A DNA stretch of 63,049 nt, filler included, from Chiloscyllium plagiosum (Eukaryota), in assembly GCF_004010195.1 (NCBI RefSeq). It is 4 parts of one record of this genome, joined end to end, with 100 filler letters (N's around TTAATTAATTAA, not from the genome) between each part and the next. Parts side by side here need not be neighbours in the genome. Positions count along the whole stretch, not along the records: positions 1 to 28,167 come from NC_057716.1; 3 more parts are not named here. One strand, 5' to 3'. The translations under genes were made by a program, and so were the position numbers. The notes under the pieces were generated by a model that saw nothing but the letters and a program-made list of their open reading frames with translations, had not been told where the DNA came from and searched no databases. This document shows, piece after piece, positions 12,200-24,764 of this stretch; the stretch's first letter is position 1; every line of letters begins with the position of its first letter.

Positions 12200-12480
12200 G
12201 GATGCTTCATGGCTTTGTTCACATCTATTCAAATGTTTATGACTTCCACATTGGATAGGATGTGCTCCAAATTCTGAGAAATGTCCTGCACCAGTTTATT
12301 CTGGAAACTTCCAAGTTCCTTGACATTGATTCAGGGCATTCTGACAAGGCTACCAATGCCTCAAATTTTGTGATCATTTTTCTTTTAATCTCCTCCAAGC
12401 AATATATCTGCCTGTGTTTTCTGCAGTAGAACCCAGGTGCCACTTGGCCTCACTGTTGGTCTGTTGTGCCCAATATCTCC
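12200..12480 (-). pseudogene. Possible remnant of the Harbinger second (Myb/SANT-associated) ORF, C-terminal part
   Basis: Minus strand ALSECPESMSRNLEVS...FSQNLEHILSNVEV resembles, from memory, coiled-coil tails of Harbinger ORF2; convergent with the transposase fossil. No Myb domain seen. Confidence 0.3.
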
Positions 12481-13559
12481 CTCCAAGGGGATCCCACCTC
12501 TATTCCATCTGTTAATACTGAGGCTGCCGAAAGCACAGCCACCAATAGTCAAGTGATTCAAATCAGAGATATTCAAGAGGATGTGAAATGCCTTGGTTAT
12601 GATTAAACAACTGAAATCTGCATGCAATGTGTTCCTTACTCAGCTTGCATCATGTTACTTTGAATTCATACTGACATATACATGCAAAATATATTAGTGC
12701 ATTCACAGCTGGGATAGAAGATTAATAATGCAATGTTGTTGGAGATCCCTCAAGATTTGAGTTTTAAATCAGCTTTGAATGTTTGCAGTTCTGCTTAGGG
12801 AGTGTACAGTTCAAATACTCTTGTTTCATCAACACAGCAGCCGAGGATGTCAGTTTCATTCATTAGTATCCATTATTACTATTGCTAGCACATGAATAAT
12901 CCCATTGGGTTAAACATAAAGAATAGCCAGGAGCTTCTATTTATAACACCAATTGTGGAAATTGTCACTTTTGAAGTCAGAAGTACCTATGCCAAAGCTA
13001 TTATTCATGATGCTACTATTAAATGACTTAGGGCATTTCAGTATGGCAAAGGTATGATATAAATATGATTTGTTGTTTAGCCACCACCAATTATCACCAC
13101 ACTATTACCAGACCATAATATTTTTACACCTATGGCTTGAATTTTTTAAACAGCACCTTTAACATCGTAAAAGTATATTTGCTCACTTGATTGCAGCATC
13201 ATAAGGAAATGCACCAATTGCTCCTTAAGACTGACAGTTTTGATAGAAAGGTCTTGTGTTGGTCCTCATTTGAATTTGTAAAGAATAAACGTCCAACCAA
13301 TTGTAAAGTCAGCCATCTTTGCTTCTTCAGCCTTTCAGATTCACCATCACAAATAAACTTCCAAACCTCCCAAAGTTGTGAAAAAAGCAAAGACATAGTA
13401 ATGTGAACCTATTTCTTTTAATCTACAAAATGCATTGATCTATTTTAAAAACAACTGCTTTTGACATGGTTTAAAATACATTGGTACACGATGAACTCAA
13501 TTCTGTGGTCCCTTTCGTGACCACATGAAATAAAGTGGGTGAAAGTAAAAGGTATATAA

Positions 13560-14720
13560 CGATCCAAATCCTAAGAACAATTCAAAAGAGTGGTTGAAGA
13601 AGTGAAATTCCTTGTCACTACGAATATATAATACTCAACATTAGCTCAATTCTATGTGATTCAATGCAAGGCATTCCCTTAAATTCAAATAGCTAAATAA
13701 TCTAATTCAAATCAAACAAAAGCTGAATTGAAAGCTTGTTTGTAAGGATATACATAAGTGCACACTGTATGAAAATTTTAAACATCTGTAATCTCATTAA
13801 TGTTCCCTAAAAGCTACACTAATTGTTCTGCCACTAATTGAAAATTCTGTAGCAGAGATTTTGCATTGTCTGGCAAAAGGCCTAAATTCTCTTTTAATTC
13901 AAGTACATTAATAATTCATGCAACATTTCCTGCTCTCACCAAGGAAGTATTCATTCTTAAGGACCTCCTCAAGACTAAGTCTTTTTGACAAAGCAAGTAC
14001 TGTAACTATGGAGCCTTAACAGGTTTCTGGTGTTTCTAACATTAAGCTACCAAACCTCTTGTCATCTTGTGAGTCTCACAAAGATACTGGTTTCATCAGC
14101 TATTATATCCAATCAGTGGCCTTTCTCCCAGATCACAGAAGGCATTTGTCATGTAAGGTAACTTCTGTCAGGTACAAGACAATTTTTAGCATGTAGCTGC
14201 AGTTTCTTTTCGACATCTGCTCCCTTTGTTTTGTCTCAATGCCAAACAGAAAAACAACAGACATGGGAAAATCAAGGTTATTGAAAAGCTATTTTCCTCT
14301 TAGGTTTTAAGAGCATCTAATGATTGAACTTTTGAGTAAGACCACGTACATTATCACTAATGTTCAGCTGAAAAGCCACTTGACACACCTGGGAGAATGA
14401 AGTGAAGCTCTCTCAGACAACAACACAGCCTTTAATCAATATGAGTCTAGTTGCATGAAATGTAACATTTTGGGTTGAAATGAAAATTACTCCAGTGAAG
14501 AACCTTTGCAAGTTATCATTGACAGTATTGAGTCTGACCAATATTTCTCTTTGGCAAAACTTCTCAATATGGAAGGTACGGCTGATGGGAGAGGCAATTT
14601 AAGGACGGCAAACATGGTGACTCCTGTCAGTCTCACCTGAAGAAGTCAATATCGAGTAAAGAGAAACACACATGAATAATCTGACTACTATATTTGAGTA
14701 CTGGAAGACAATTTGGATGA
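13560..14720 (+). pseudogene. Possible very old hAT (ZNF862-like) transposase remnant
   Basis: LHCLAKGLNSLL...FMQHFLL at about 13860-13935 and QYFSLAKLLNMEGTADGRG at about 14540-14595 resemble the hAT core and C-terminal dimerisation motifs; many stops. Confidence 0.3.
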
Positions 14721-14874
14721 AAAACCTGAGTTTTCCTTATATAATCCACTTTTTACGCAGCGTTGGGACGGGCTGGTAGATAAAATAAGATCATTTGCCA
14801 AAATATGGTCATCACAGTTTTTCTCCTCTGCCTATTATTGAAGTGCTGCTGAGACTTCCTTTAAATTCCTATCC

Positions 14875-15098
14875 AGTAGTTGATCTGAATTTTATCTTGT
14901 CCAATCTAAAGGGTATTAGTCAATCAGATGGGCCTTTAAGTAACAATCATTACATGTCCAACATTAGACTAGCTTACTTTTTTGTTAAATTCCAGATTTT
15001 TAAATTGAATTCAGATTTCACCATGATAATAGTTGAATCCAGAACATTAACCAGATATTGTGGATTAATAGTTTACTGACATGACCACTACACCATTG
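14875..15098 (-). mobile_element. Decayed SacSINE1-like SINE
   Basis: cagatgggcc...aattccagatttttaaattgaattcagatttcacc...accactacacc. Confidence 0.6.
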
Positions 15099-15179
15099 CA
15101 ATTCATTAGCAAGGCCACACAAGTTCCTCTATTACTCAGACCATTGCAGCTTTTGCCAATTAAGTAATATGCAACTTTC

Positions 15180-15870
15180 ATATTCTTCCTATTAAAATAA
15201 ACAAATTCATGTTTCTGTCATTAAACTCAAGTTGGCAATTTTTTTGCCTACTCACTTAACATATCTTTGGCAAATTCTTATCTTCTCTTCATAACATACT
15301 TTCCTATTATTTTTGGATCGTCAACTTTAGCAACCATATATTCAGACTCATAATCTGAATAATTAATGTAAATCATACATGATTTTGGCCTCAGCATGAT
15401 CCCTGTGGCACACCATTTACCACATCTCACATCACTCAAGCCAGTGGACATATTCTGACTCATTCCTGATTTGTACCTTGTAGATCAAGGACTGGCTTTG
15501 GCGACAGGAGGTGAATTACTCATCACAGAATTCCAAGCCTCTGTCTTGCTCTTGTTACCATGGTACTTATATGGTTGGTCAAATTCAGCTTTTGGTCAAT
15601 GTAACATTCAGGATTCGGTGATAGTTACAACACTGAATGTCTACGGACGATGCTTAGATTCTTTCTTCTTGGAAATATTCATTGCCTGGTGTTTATGTAA
15701 TGTGAATGTTACCTGCTACTTATCATCTCAAACTTATTCAGGCCTTGCTGCATATGAACACAGGATCTTTCAGTATCTGAAGAGTTCTAAATTGTGCTGA
15801 ACAATGTTGACCTGATGATGGAGAGAAGCTGGAGCAGCTGAAGATAAGTATGCTTAGGACATTATTCTCA
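15180..15870 (-). mobile_element. Old CR1 and CR1-like LINE reverse transcriptase fragments
   Basis: MIYINYSD...VAKVDDPKIIG (FADDTK-like) and a QVTFTLHKHQAMNIS motif shared with the 34180-34945 family. Confidence 0.65.
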
Positions 15871-16039
15871 TAGAGACTCATAGAGTCACAACATTTCTAT
15901 AGCATAGAAAGAGACCCTTTGGGCAATCATTTCCATGCTGGTCATCAAACATCCAACTATCCTAATCCATCTTCCAGCAACTGGCCCATAGCCTTCAATG
16001 CTATGGCATTTCAAGTGTACACCTAAATAGTTCCTAAAT

Positions 16040-16450
16040 AACTCTGAGTCTATACTTGATGGAGTTTAGAGGGATGAGGGGGATCTCATTGAAACTTATG
16101 GAATACTGAAATACTCACATAGAATGAACTTGGAGAAGATATTTCCACCAGTAGGAGAGATGATGATCTGAGAGCATTGCCTCAGAGTGAAAGGATAGCC
16201 CTTTAGAACTGAGATGAGGAGAAATATTCTCTGTCAGAAGGTGGTCAATCTGTGGAAATCATTGCCACAGAAGTCTGTGCATGTCAAGTCATTGAGTGTA
16301 TTTAAGATGGAGGTAGGTAATAGGGGATCAAAAGTTACCAAGAACAGCCAGGAGAATGGGATTCAAAAACATATCAGCCATGAGTAAATGGTGGAGCAGA
16401 GTCAGTGGGCAGTGTGCTGATTCTACATCTATATCTTACGGTCTTACAGA
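16040..16450 (+). mobile_element. CR1 LINE 3' end
   Basis: ggggatctcattgaaac...gaggagaaatattctc...gtggtcaatctgtggaa, typical CR1 C-terminus and 3' UTR. Confidence 0.75.
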
Positions 16451-16459
16451 AATATTGGA

Positions 16460-17340
16460 TGGCATATTTCAAAGGTAGAATGTGATCATTTCAGATTATA
16501 AATTGTAATGAAGATTTGATCAGGTATCCTGTGTTTTCTTCAAAAGATGCTTGCTGCAAGTTGTTAACCTCTTTGTGCAAGTAGACAACAATAGTTCTGT
16601 GGTTCAAAGGTTTTTGTTTGGCATTTCCACATTGTCTGGAAATGTCCCACTTTCATAGAAAAATGGCATTGACACAATACAGCTAAACATTGTTTTTGTT
16701 TGTGCCATTTATTTTAACTCCACATCTGAAACAATTAATTTTAGCACGAAAGGATTTAATGTTGTTTGTAGTAGCCTATCCTAAGTTGTTTTGTCGTTTA
16801 TATGCATTAGTAAATTGACAAAGACAGATAATCTTCTTAAGATAGGTTAACTTTCAGTTCCCATCATTCTGTTTTGCTGTTCTTTTTGAATTTTAGCTTC
16901 TATCTCTATTTGGACAGGTCTTTCAATATGAAGTCCTCTTTTGATTGTTACATATCTGAAAGGAATGGATCAGAAATTCTGAAAACAACTTTGTCTCAAA
17001 TTAATTCTGACAGCAAATCTTCATAAACATAAAATTCTGACAATGTACAGAAAGTATGATTGAAATTGATGACATTTTCCTCTGAAAGACTTAACCTTGC
17101 TCTTTCATCAATGTAAATTGTCAACTGTTCCTACAATATAGTCATATGGTTTCTGTGTCTTTTCTTACATTCTGTCATTTTAAAAGATGATCTTCTATTG
17201 GATCTGTAGAATAAAGAAATGTATTCACTTGGTCTTCTCTTGGCTTCTTTAATCTGAAGCAGTTCTACATGTCACAAATTGTCTTTTCCATGCCATCCAG
17301 CTTAATTTTCTGTTTGAAATATTTGTAGTTTTAAATATCC
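16460..17340 (-). mobile_element. Ty3/Gypsy gag fossil with zinc knuckle
   Basis: Minus: WMAWKRQF; REDQVNTFLYSTDPIEDHL (17177-17240); DERAR; SELI*DKVVFRISD; NCFRCG...KVGHFQTM. Confidence 0.75.
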
Positions 17341-18035
17341 TAGGAAGTATATTATCTTTCTTCAGTTTCACTGTTTAGCTGCTGTTTCTTTTTAATTGAC
17401 TCAACTGTTGCAGGATTTTTCAATGCTTTGTAAGTGTAACTGGTTTTGTTGCTCAGGGTTTATGTTGGACAATGACTTAAATTGCATAAAAAATTGTGTT
17501 CTTCTGCAAGTTGTTTCAATTTTTGTAATTGTTCCACTTTAATTACTGGATAATGATGATAAATTGCCAGTGAAGATGTATTATTACAATGCTTTGTTAG
17601 TTTAATGAAGATTCTTTTCACTTCTATTTTCTTATTTCCACCTCAGAATGTTTAAAAATTCCTTCTAATTAAAATTAGAAAACATAAAATTTCAAAATTA
17701 TACAACAATCTGTGCTGAAAGAAACATTGTCACGCATTTAATAATTGCTGAACTTCTGTAATTTTAAGCAAAGTCATTTTTCCCTTTCTTAGAGATTTGC
17801 ATCCCCATTTATGGATGATTCACACCCTTTCTGCCACTTCATGATATAAAATTGTACAACTTTAAATTTCAAAAAATGGTATCACACCACTATTACATCT
17901 TTAAGAATATTTCAGGTGCATAATAAAACTTCATGTTTTCCTCAAAGCACTGATTCTTTTTTCTAAAGCAAAAACCTCTTTTATTTTCACTCTCCTTACT
18001 GTTCTAATAATTTTCCAAACAAATGCATCTTTATC

Positions 18036-18215
18036 AAAAACAGAAATTGCTGGAGAAACTCAGCAAGCCTGGCAGCATCTATGGAGTGAGAGCAGGCTCA
18101 ACATTTCAGATTCAGTGATCCTTCATCAGAGCTAATAGCAGCTGGGAAGAGATAACATATATGCAGAAGAAGGGGTAGCAAGATGTTGGTAAAGAATTTC
18201 CAGCATCCATAATAT
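18036..18215 (-). mobile_element. Old PLE terminal fragment with decayed hammerhead
   Basis: Minus 18095-18132 reads GCU CUGAUGA AGGAUCACUGAAUCU GAAA UGUU GAGC. Confidence 0.55.
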
Positions 18216-18899
18216 AATGGATTAGCTTCTCAGTCCAGAATTTTCTTCATTAAATGAAAGTTCATCCTTCCAAAAAGGAATTTATTTTACTTACAGTGTT
18301 CAACATCAATTGTTGTATCCTCGGTCTATGATTCAGATGTTTCCCGTTGTAGCTTTGGTGATCAGTTTTGCAGCCTTTCAAGTTGATGGCTGTGCTGCTT
18401 TCACAGAAACTGGCAGACTCCACGTGCTTTTCGGCTGCTGAATATTTAAAGATACAACCTTACATTTCTGATTGAATTGTTTTTATTTATTTCTTCTCCT
18501 CAGATTACTTTTGAGGAGGGAAAAAATTCTTCAAGCTAGTGCGATCTGGTTGGCATCCACACTGCTGGCTACCATGCTATGCATTGTGCTCATACACGCT
18601 GCTACCATCTGGGATGCTTTGAGTAGGTTCAATGTCACAAATCTTTCTTACTGATATTAGTCTAATACACTGATATTAAATAGGGAAGGGTGTCCAAATG
18701 CTTTGAAGTATTAGAAAAGTATATCCACCATTAAATGTGATTCAATTATTGGAAACCATTTTTTAAATAAACCAGATTGTGCTAGGAGTTACACCAGAAA
18801 TGGATTTCAGACCATCAACTGAGCCCACAAAATGATACAACTCTGCAGGCTACAAGCTGTGTACATCAATACCCAGAACTTTGTTTTGTAGACAAAAGG

Positions 18900-19279
18900 A
18901 ATTTGCCAACCACCCAACTATAGAATCCATCTACCAGGCCCGCTGTCAAGGAAAGGCTGCCAGTATTCTCAAAGGTCCATCCCACCCTGGCAATGTTTTT
19001 CTACAACCTCTACCACCAAGGAGAAGGTACAGAAGCCTGCACACACGCACCAGACAGTTTCTAAATAGACTCTACCTTATTGTTGTTAGAATACTAAATG
19101 GACTCACAAACGTTTTAACATTCGCCTGTACCTGTGTTTTTGCTGATGTTTACCTATTATTTACTTATCTATGCTACTTAACTCTGTGATCTGCCTGCGT
19201 TGCTCGCAAGACAAAGCTTTTCACTGTGTCTCAGTACACGTGACAATGAATTCAATTCAGTTCAATTCAATTCAATTCA
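18900..19279 (+). mobile_element. Rex1/Babar LINE 3' end with (AATTC)n tail
   Basis: KAASILKGPSHPGNVFLQPLPPRRRYRSLHTRTRQF resembles the Rex1 C-terminus; aattc microsatellite tail at 19249-19279. Confidence 0.8.
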
Positions 19280-19519
19280 CTTTGCATATTCATTGCAACT
19301 CTTCAAAAACAAAGGATCATGAGTACAGGCACAACTGCTACAGCTCATGATAACATCCCAGCCAATCAGAATCTACTCGCCTGCTGCGAGGATTAAGATT
19401 CACAGTTAACTGTTCTGGAAGCATCACCATGCCGATGATGATCCAAACATATCAGCACTTTCTCTCATGTTGTATAAAACAGTGTCTCTTTTTTCTCTCA
19501 AGTTTGCTTCTTGTATCCT

Positions 19520-19552
19520 ACTTCTGATGAATGCAAGATGAAAAGCTTCAAC
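19520..19552 (+). ncRNA. Degenerate minimal hammerhead motif (possible fourth PLE family)
   Basis: CUGAUGA AUGCAAGAU GAAA AGCUUC; stem II barely pairs. Confidence 0.3.
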
Positions 19553-20002
19553 TTGTAATCACCTTCTAGCTGATGAATAAATATAGTTTAACATTCTGGT
19601 GCACGACTTACAAGTTAGTTCTTCCCAGAAATAGTCCTTTGCATCCTATTGGGCAAGGGTTATCTTGTGATGTCAGTTAGCCCTTCAGGTATGAACTGCC
19701 TTACACTACAGACAATAGCTCCTGTTGAGAAGTAGATTAGAGTACATAATGTGCAGTTTCTTCTATGAAGTAGCAAACTTTCAGACTGATCGTGAGCATC
19801 ATGACAGGAAATCTAATTTTCTTTCAAAATGGCTTTGATTGGAAACTGGCAACCATCAGCCACTATTTCTCAACCTAAATATCACAGCAATCATTATATA
19901 ATCTAGTTGATAGGGTAGAAATGTTCTGAAGCAGGCTTCAAATAAAATGTACTTTTATTCTTGTCAAAGACCCATTACTGGTAAGCTTGTCAGAATTGTA
20001 CA

Positions 20003-20090
20003 AGACGAAACGTTTGCAACAAAAACTTTCAGCTCGGCGAACAGAACCACAGCAACGAGCACCCGAGCTACAAATCTTCTCACAAACTTT
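20003..20090 (+). mobile_element. PLE family C terminal fragment
   Basis: gacgaaacgtt...cagctcggcgaac...gagctacaaatctt matches the reverse complement of 35598-35685. Confidence 0.6.
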
Positions 20091-20299
20091 GTACAAGAGG
20101 TCTCTTAAGCAAACAACTGATCATTCTCTCAAGAAATCTTTGGACAGTATATTCACATATGCTCTGTAGATACACAGAACAGTTTACATTCATTTTGCCG
20201 GGTCTAGCACGAGAATGCAATTGACTTAGTGCTCTCCTATTCATTTTTCATCCAGCGCCTCAGTTCATCTTACATCGCTGCAGCAAGGTTGTTACTTCC

Positions 20300-20760
20300 T
20301 CTATTGACGATAGGAAAAATGTTTGTGTCACTTATCCCAAGTTCTAGCAATGCAGGATGTGAGATCACTAGTCCTTGCATACTTTCAGCTTTTTCCATAA
20401 TCCAGGTCATTTGACACTACACATTCTCTCCATGAGCAGTCTGACATTGTCCTTGATCGAAAAGAGCACTATTCCCTGAGCTTGCAGCTTATTTGTGACT
20501 ACCGGAACACATAATGCAGATTTATGTCCAGTTTCATTGCAGCATCCTGGATGCCATCTAATGGTTCCAGTTCATCTCCAGCTCTGCTGTGTTATGTTTC
20601 ATGGTCAGTATGTGGTATACGTTTAAGAGTCATGCTCACGCTATCACCACTGCATCATAACATATAACCTGAAGATGTAAAGGTTTCATATGTATCCTGT
20701 CCATGGATCTCTTGAAACATGGCACACTAATCGAAGTGTCTGCTTCTGTCATAACCTAAA
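20300..20760 (-). mobile_element. Possible Gypsy gag fossil
   Basis: Minus: CAMFQEIHGQDTYETFT ... IVLFSIKDNVRLL ... MEKAESM; highly decayed. Confidence 0.4.
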
Positions 20761-20964
20761 GTTTAATATTAGCCCAGTGACTGATGTGCCTGCAGAATGT
20801 AATGATTGTATATAATCATCATCTCTAAAAGATGTCTGCTAAATTCTTTAATACTATAATCTCTACACTTGGTTTCTTGTCTTACAGTAACTAACGTTAG
20901 CATTGCTGATCATATAACACAAAATTCACAATGGTATTAGCAGTGACTCTCTATAAAAACTCCA

Positions 20965-22095
20965 ACAAAAACAGGAAGTGTTGGAGAAAGTCAGCAGGAA
21001 TGGTAGCAGCTGTAGAGAGAAAACAAAGTTAACCTTTTGAGTACATGACCCATTGTCAAGAAGGAGAAGGTACTACAGATTGTATAAGGATGGGAGACTA
21101 TGTGGTAGGATGTTGTGAGGGGATGGGGGAAGATCCTGAGATGAGATGAAGCTAGTTTGAATCATGGAAATAATAGCTTGATGTTCAATGGTGGTGTCAT
21201 AGTATGGGGAAGATAGGAGCCAGCATCCAACAACTGGTGCTCAGCATCCGTAAAGCATGTCAGATGACAGCAGCACCACCCTTGTCAGCAGGTTAGATTA
21301 TGAATCAGAGTTGGAGATGAGAGCAAATAGTGCAGTCTGTTTGGAGGAAGATAGATTAGAATGGGTGAAGGGAGCAGACAAATTAAGACAACAATATCAC
21401 ATCAGCAGTTCCCAATGAACACATCGAATGCAGGTCGAACACGAGGGTGAATGGTCCAGGTGGAGGCAGAGTGTTGGAAGTGAGTGAAGGATTCTGCAGG
21501 ATGGGAAAAAGGACTCTGTTCAAAGAAATTTGCCTCACAAAGAGGTAAAGATGATGGAAGAAAGATTTGACATCAGGACTTGTCTAAAATTCATGGAGTT
21601 GAGGGCATTAAAGGATAAAGCAACATTATTTGCTGAATATAGACTGTTCCACATTAGAAACCAGAAAGTTATGATAAATACCCAAAGTGAGGTGGGGTTA
21701 GGAGGAAAGATGAAGTCAAAGGGAAGATGAGAGGTGGAACGTTCCAGAGGGGCATGGGTACACCTGCTTTGTTACAGCTTGCTTTCCTTAATACCTGAAA
21801 GGAAGAAAACATGTTTCTTGTGAAAATGTTGAATCAGCTGAGAAGTGATGGAGAACTGGCAGAATGGACAGCTTTAAGATAACGTGAGGTGGTATTGAGA
21901 GCGTGAGAGAGGTTGAGTGTGTGCATGTGATGGTGCATCTCACTGAGTGGATCTCAGGATGCAGTTGAGAACAGCTGACAAGGGGCTTCTGGACTTGAAA
22001 TGGTAACTCTCCAGACATGCTGCCAGACCTGCTGAGTTTCTCGACTATTTTGTGTTTTTGGTTCAAATCTCAAAAATCCATAGTTCTTTATTTTA
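20965..22095 (-). mobile_element. Old PLE with inverted termini and reverse transcriptase remnant
   Basis: Minus PADKGGAA at about 21270-21293; arms 20965-21060 and 21990-22090 are related in inverted orientation. Confidence 0.6.
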
Positions 22096-22719
22096 TTTAG
22101 TTAAATGAAGAATCTAATATTTTTGTGACAGATATTTTATAAGCTAAATGAAGAACAACTAAATAACTGTTTTGGACATTAGAGGATTCGAACAATCAGC
22201 AATAACAATTCAAATGATTATAAATAACATTACACATACATAGTGCATTGACCACCAAGAAGATTTAAGTTTATTCAAGAGAAAATAAATTTCTTACATA
22301 ACCTTAGTTAAAAGAAAGAAAAAACAATTTAAAAAGCTGCAACACAAAGCCAGTGACCTGAATTATACTGGGGACTCATACAGGGAGACTTGATTTATGA
22401 ATGCCTGACTTACGAACGCTCATACTCACAAAAGAAGCATAATTTTATAGACCTGACCAATGAAAAATTTCCTGTGCCTACAGACAGCTGCTTTACATTG
22501 TTCTGCATTGTGTTCTGACTTTTCCACAAATTCCAGGACAGATCTTGTTCTGCCTGTACAGGCTTTCCTTAGCAATAGTTTCACAACAGCACATGTAAAG
22601 TTTGTGCTATTAAGGGACCAGTAGTCTTAAAGGGACCAGGACCAGTGGATTGGCAGTTATAAATTACACTGATATGAAGTCAGGGACACACAACTTAAGA
22701 TGGGCAGGTGGAATCATGG

Positions 22720-23250
22720 ACAGCAGAAACATCTTTTTAGATTCAGCATCCAGTGGCAGCTTTACTGAAGTACAACTCTTCAAGTAGCTGATGCACTTTG
22801 TTTGACAGATCAAAGAATAGATTAATCCAAGACGACAACTCTAAAAAATATGCTTCCATTGGCAAGGAGTAATACATATGGTTTTCTGTACAAGATCAGA
22901 AAAGATTTGGAATTTAATCAAAGATCAGCTCGAGGGAAGGCCTAACTTCAGTGTCAACAGGCACCAACTCATATCATGTAGACAGCAACCCCATGAATCT
23001 ATCAACCACTTTGATGGAAGATGGAACAGCAAAGGACATGAGCGTGTGTTTTCCAAAGATTGATTTAGTTATCACCTCTACATCAATTCAAGGCTTTAGG
23101 AAAGATCTTTTGTAAAGAACAATAGCTATATGATTGCATTACTGGAGGATAGGGGCAAGTATGAAGCCAAAGTGGTGTAGGACCCAACAACAATTAACTG
23201 CTTTAGGTGCAGCCAACGCTATTGCTATGATCAACAAAGTGCATTAAATT
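22720..23250 (+). mobile_element. Ty3/Gypsy gag fossil
   Basis: KIWNLIKDQL...NFSVNRHQLISCRQQPHESINHF and LVITSTSIQGFRKDLL; RQ..ES motif of Gypsy gag. Confidence 0.6.
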
Positions 23251-23255
23251 AACAA

Positions 23256-23797
23256 ATGATTTGGAGGGGCCAGTGTTGGACTGGGGTGTACAAAGTTAAA
23301 AATCACACAACACCAGGTTATAGTCCAACAGATTTAATTGGAAACACACTAGCTTTCGGAGCGATACTCCTTCATCAGGTGATTGTGGAGGGCTCGATCG
23401 TAACACACAGAATTTATAGCAAAAATTTATAGTGTGATGTAACTGAAATTATACATTGAAAAATTGATTGTTAAGCCTTTCATCTGTTAGAATACAGTGA
23501 TAGTTTCACTTCTTACATGTGTAAATCACAAAATCCTTTTTTAAAAAAGTTGGATTCTCGGGTTAGCTGTTAACAATGGTGATAGCTGGATAATATGTTG
23601 AAGGTGTTGGCCCCCTGTGTTCTCTGTCTATGCCATGATGTTTAGATTGATTCTAATCTAAAAAGTGAGATAACGGAGTTTTACATAAATTCATGCAGTT
23701 TTTGAGCTCAGAGTTCTACATGAATGCATGCAGTTTTTGAGCAAAGTACAATGTAACCCTGAAAGTACAAATTCACCCCACAAAATATATGTGTGTA
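23256..23797 (-). mobile_element. PLE family B 3' terminal region
   Basis: Near-identical to 30622-31210, which adjoins a GIY-YIG ORF. Confidence 0.85.
23347..23381 (-). ncRNA. Minimal type-I hammerhead ribozyme (family B)
   Basis: CAC CUGAUGA A GGAG-UAUCG-CUCC GAAA GCUA GUG: stem I CAC/GUG, intact core, palindromic AGCU stem III. Confidence 0.75.
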
Positions 23798-23950
23798 TTC
23801 GATTATCCAGATGTTAGATTATCTGGCAGGTTTGCAAGGTCCAAATACTCAGCCAAACTATGTTAACTGGCAATCAATTATCCAGCATTCAATTAACCGA
23901 ACAAAATACCACCTACCCGTGTCCTTCGGGTAATTGAGGCTCCTCTGTAT
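23798..23950. mobile_element. Tigger-like MITE remnant (right part)
   Basis: Ends ttcgggtaattgaggctcctctg followed by TA, with internal cgattatcc-like repeats. Confidence 0.5.
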
Positions 23951-24764
23951 TCCTCTTCATCAATGCATTGCTATTGAAAACTATTTAATTGCAGACATTC
24001 TCCATATTGATCTCACACCTTGGCTAAAGCCAATGTGCCCAAGTGCAATAATTGAGAAGATTCATTTGTTTTGTCTATAGAGAAAGGAACTTGGCATTTG
24101 ATGACAAGTCATTTTTAAGGCTGATAGGTTCTAATACCAGCCGCATTATGCCAGAATCCCATATCCATGTTACACCAGGAACACATGAGAGTCTAGCATT
24201 TGAATCTGTGTATTAGCCATGGGTGAATCAGGCCATATAACCATGAATACATGTTATGGTTAAATGTATGACAAATGTAAAAAAAAACCCGTTAGCAGAT
24301 CCACACAATGTTCCAATCAGATCTATTTACAGTGAATGTTGAAGGTTATATCCTTCAAATTTCCCATTGTTCAATGACTTAGTGACAAAACAAGCATGAA
24401 TTTCACAGACATCCAAGTGCTATTCTTAGTTAAACCAGAATTCCAGAAAAGATAGAGTCTAACAACAGACATCAATAAAGTCAGGCACAGTAAGTGGATA
24501 GTGACCGCTACCACATCATCACTCCACTATCCATGCTCAATTAGTCTACCAGAATGAATGGTATGTGTCATTGTACCAATGATCATTATGTGTCCAACAG
24601 CAAAACAAGATTTCTGTATTGCATTGGTACATTTTGATGCAACATTAATGGAGAAGGAATTAACATCTCCAGTGGAAATTAATCTCAGAAGACAAATATA
24701 AATGACCTTGCTCAATAACTAATTATCTCATAATTGCACATCGCAGAATGGTCCTCTTCAAAAG

